A DNA stretch of 63,593 nt, counting the filler, from Octopus bimaculoides (taxonomy: Eukaryota): NCBI RefSeq assembly GCF_001194135.2. It is 6 parts of 6 records of this genome, joined end to end, with 100 filler letters (N's around TTAATTAATTAA, not from the genome) between each part and the next. Parts side by side here need not be neighbours in the genome. Positions count along the whole stretch, not along the records: positions 59,757 to 62,389 come from NC_068984.1; positions 62,490 to 63,593 come from NW_026345295.1; 4 more parts are not named here. One strand, given 5' to 3'. The position numbers and the translations under genes were made by a program. The notes beneath the pieces are model-generated. The model did no database searches. It was not told the DNA's origin and saw only the letters and a program-made list of their open reading frames with translations. Shown piece by piece: positions 61,231 through 63,593 of this stretch (positions are counted from its first letter, which is position 1; each line of letters starts with the position of its first letter).

Positions 61231-61379
61231 TGTTTTTGAATTGTCATTCATAGTTTGGTAATTTCTTCAAATGGGTTAGATGGCTGCTACGCAAGGATAC
61301 AACGAATGGTCCTGAATGTGATATGGCATCAACCTTTATGGTGATATGTAGAAAGTTAGAGAAAAGATCAGCTAAAAAC

Positions 61380-61560
61380 GGCTGCGACCATCTGGTTATT
61401 GCGTGCGCCACCCTGAATTGGAAGCATCCAAATTAGACTTGTGTCATCCACTTCATGATAATGTAGGAGGAAAACGTTGTCACACTTATATCGACAACTC
61501 GATCACAGACACTAGCCCGGAATATATACAGGACTTCGAGGCAATGATCTTAGTCCCAGA
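61380..61560 (+). mobile_element. RTE/RTEX LINE 3' fragment
   Basis: GYCVRHPELEASKLDLCHPLHD...KRCHTYIDN.ITDT resembles GHCxRHPExxASKLxLWxPxHG..GRxxxTYID. Confidence 0.65.
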
Positions 61561-62144
61561 AGTGTGACAGGTGAACTTTTTTGCTGCGCCCGATCTGGAA
61601 TCAGGCCATTAAAAACTTATACTTCTGTATCTTTGCTTTTTTTCTAGTCAGAATTGTCGGCCCTATGCAGACATATTTTTGCTTCTGGAGAGAGGCAGTC
61701 CATGTTATTTTGGCCTATATCCTTTGGCCTGTTCAGCATGGTGGGGCGGGGTGGCTTATCAACGGCTTGCACACTATGCATTAAAGCACATGATCCACAT
61801 CTCTGCAACAAAGACTAGACCTTACAGTAGTATTTAGATCCAGGTTATCCTAAACTGACTGAGCAAGCCGATTGTCAGGTGCAGCCCAGCCATAATCAAG
61901 ACGTCTTTTTTATTGGGCTTTGAATAATTAAAATGATATTATCCGTTGTATCTCACCCTTTCATGACAGTAGGGCATGATATGAAAGAGAATCAACCGTT
62001 GTTGCTTGTTGATTGAGAGACAACATAGAGACTCACTCGTTGACTCAGGTTTTCTTCTTTAGGCAGAACTAGTCCAATCCATCAGCAATTTTCTACTCGA
62101 TTTAATCTTGGTCATCTCCTCCCACCATTTCCTTTTTATAGTCT

Positions 62145-62350
62145 TTTATTCTTTTGTTTGTTTCAGTCATTCGAATGCGGCCATGCTGGAGCACCGCCTT
62201 TAGTCGAACTAATCGATCCCAAGACTTATTCTTTGTAAGCCTAGTACTTATTCTATCGTACTCTTCTGCTGGACCGATAAGTTACGGGACGTAAACACAC
62301 CAACATCGGTTGTCAAGTGAATGTGGGGGAACAAACATAGACACAGAAGC
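62145..62350 (-). mobile_element. Family A SINE, 3' half
   Basis: TTTCAGTCATT..TGCGGCCATGCTGGAGCACCGCCTTTAGTCG...CGGTTGTCAAG. Confidence 0.8.
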
Positions 62351-62489
62351 ACACACACACACACACAGATATATATATATATATATATANNNNNNNNNNN
62401 NNNNNNNNNNNNNNNNNNNNNNNNNNNNNNNNNTTAATTAATTAANNNNNNNNNNNNNNNNNNNNNNNNNNNNNNNNNNNNNNNNNNNN

Positions 62490-63593
62490 TAAGTACGTGC
62501 GTACATACATACGTATAGAGGTACATACAAACGTACGTATATACGTACGTACAGACGTACGATCGTACGAACAGACGTACGTATATAAAAACGTACGTAC
62601 ATAAGTAGGTAAAGACGTACGTACAGCGGTACGTAGGGACGTACGTACATACACACGTACTTACAGATGTACTACGTACGCACGTACATACATACGTACG
62701 AANNNNNNNNNNACGTACATACATACGTACGAACACACGTACGTATATACTACAGACGTACGCACACACGTACGTACGTACAGATGTACGTACGTAGGTG
62801 CAGATATACGTATACACGTACAGACGTACGAACGTACACACGTACTTACATACAGACGTACGTACNNNNNNNNNNNNAGATGTACGTACACACGTACTTA
62901 GGTACGTACAGACGTAAGTACAAGACATATGTTCACACGTAAGTACGTACGTAGAAATGTACGTACAGACGTACGTACGTACATACGTCCATAAGGACGT
63001 ACGTACGTAACTACATAAGTAAATACAGACGTACATACATACGTACGTTCGTACGAACATACCTATGTACAGACGTACTGAGAAACGTTCGTANNNNNNN
63101 NNNACGTAAATACGTACATAAGTAGGTACAGACGTACGTATATACGTAGGTACAGACGTGCGTACATACGTACACACATGCGTACACACGTACACACGAA
63201 CGTACGTATGTAGCTACGTCTGTACCTATGTATGTACGTACGACTACTCGTACAGATTTACGTACATAAGTACGTACGTACAATCGTACGCACAGCGGTT
63301 CGTACAGAAATACAAACAGATTTACGTACATACGTACAGACGTACGTGCACACGTACGTACAGAGGTACGTACTTACAGACGTACATACGCACGTACATA
63401 CATACGTACGTACACACGTAAGTGCACACGTACGCACGCACGTACGTACATACACACGTACGTGCGTACACACGTATGTATGTACAGATATACGTACAGA
63501 CGTACATTCACACGTATATAAACACGTACGTGCGTACGTACAGATATACATACACCTACGTACAGACGTGCGTTAATACAGATATACGTACAC
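62490..63593. repeat. Cryptic tetranucleotide satellite (ACGT/ACAT/ACAG/ACAC)
   Basis: ~1.1 kb of permuted 4-mers such as TACGTACGTACAGACGTACATACA; source of the spurious YVRT ORFs. Confidence 0.95.

Overview
Eukaryotic, AT-rich, microsatellite-dense genomic DNA. The SINE, RTE and mariner repertoire looks like an octopod cephalopod; this is inference from repeat recognition, not a database match. There is no prokaryotic content and no CRISPR array. One host gene is supported: the last two coding exons of LRRC58 (+ strand, 40411-40814 and 48214-48407); I could not find its 5' exon(s). Most long ORFs in the track are microsatellite artefacts. The rest is decayed transposons: Penelope-like, RTE, CR1, mariner/Tc1/maT, pogo, MITEs and several tRNA-derived SINE families. 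Five 100-bp N44-TTAATTAATTAA-N44 spacers are artificial assembly joins. The main discovery is two families of hammerhead-ribozyme (HHR) elements. (1) A highly structured ~345-nt retrozyme-like unit occurs as four pieces between 31.3 and 37.2 kb. One piece is an exact circular permutation of the monomer, two share a 3' end, two show fold-back or inverted junctions, and a tandem pair is interrupted by a CCHC gag-like ORF. (2) A tRNA-headed SINE carries a minimal type I HHR at 20.8-21.0 kb. All alignments, folds and counts were done by eye; repeat boundaries are approximate.
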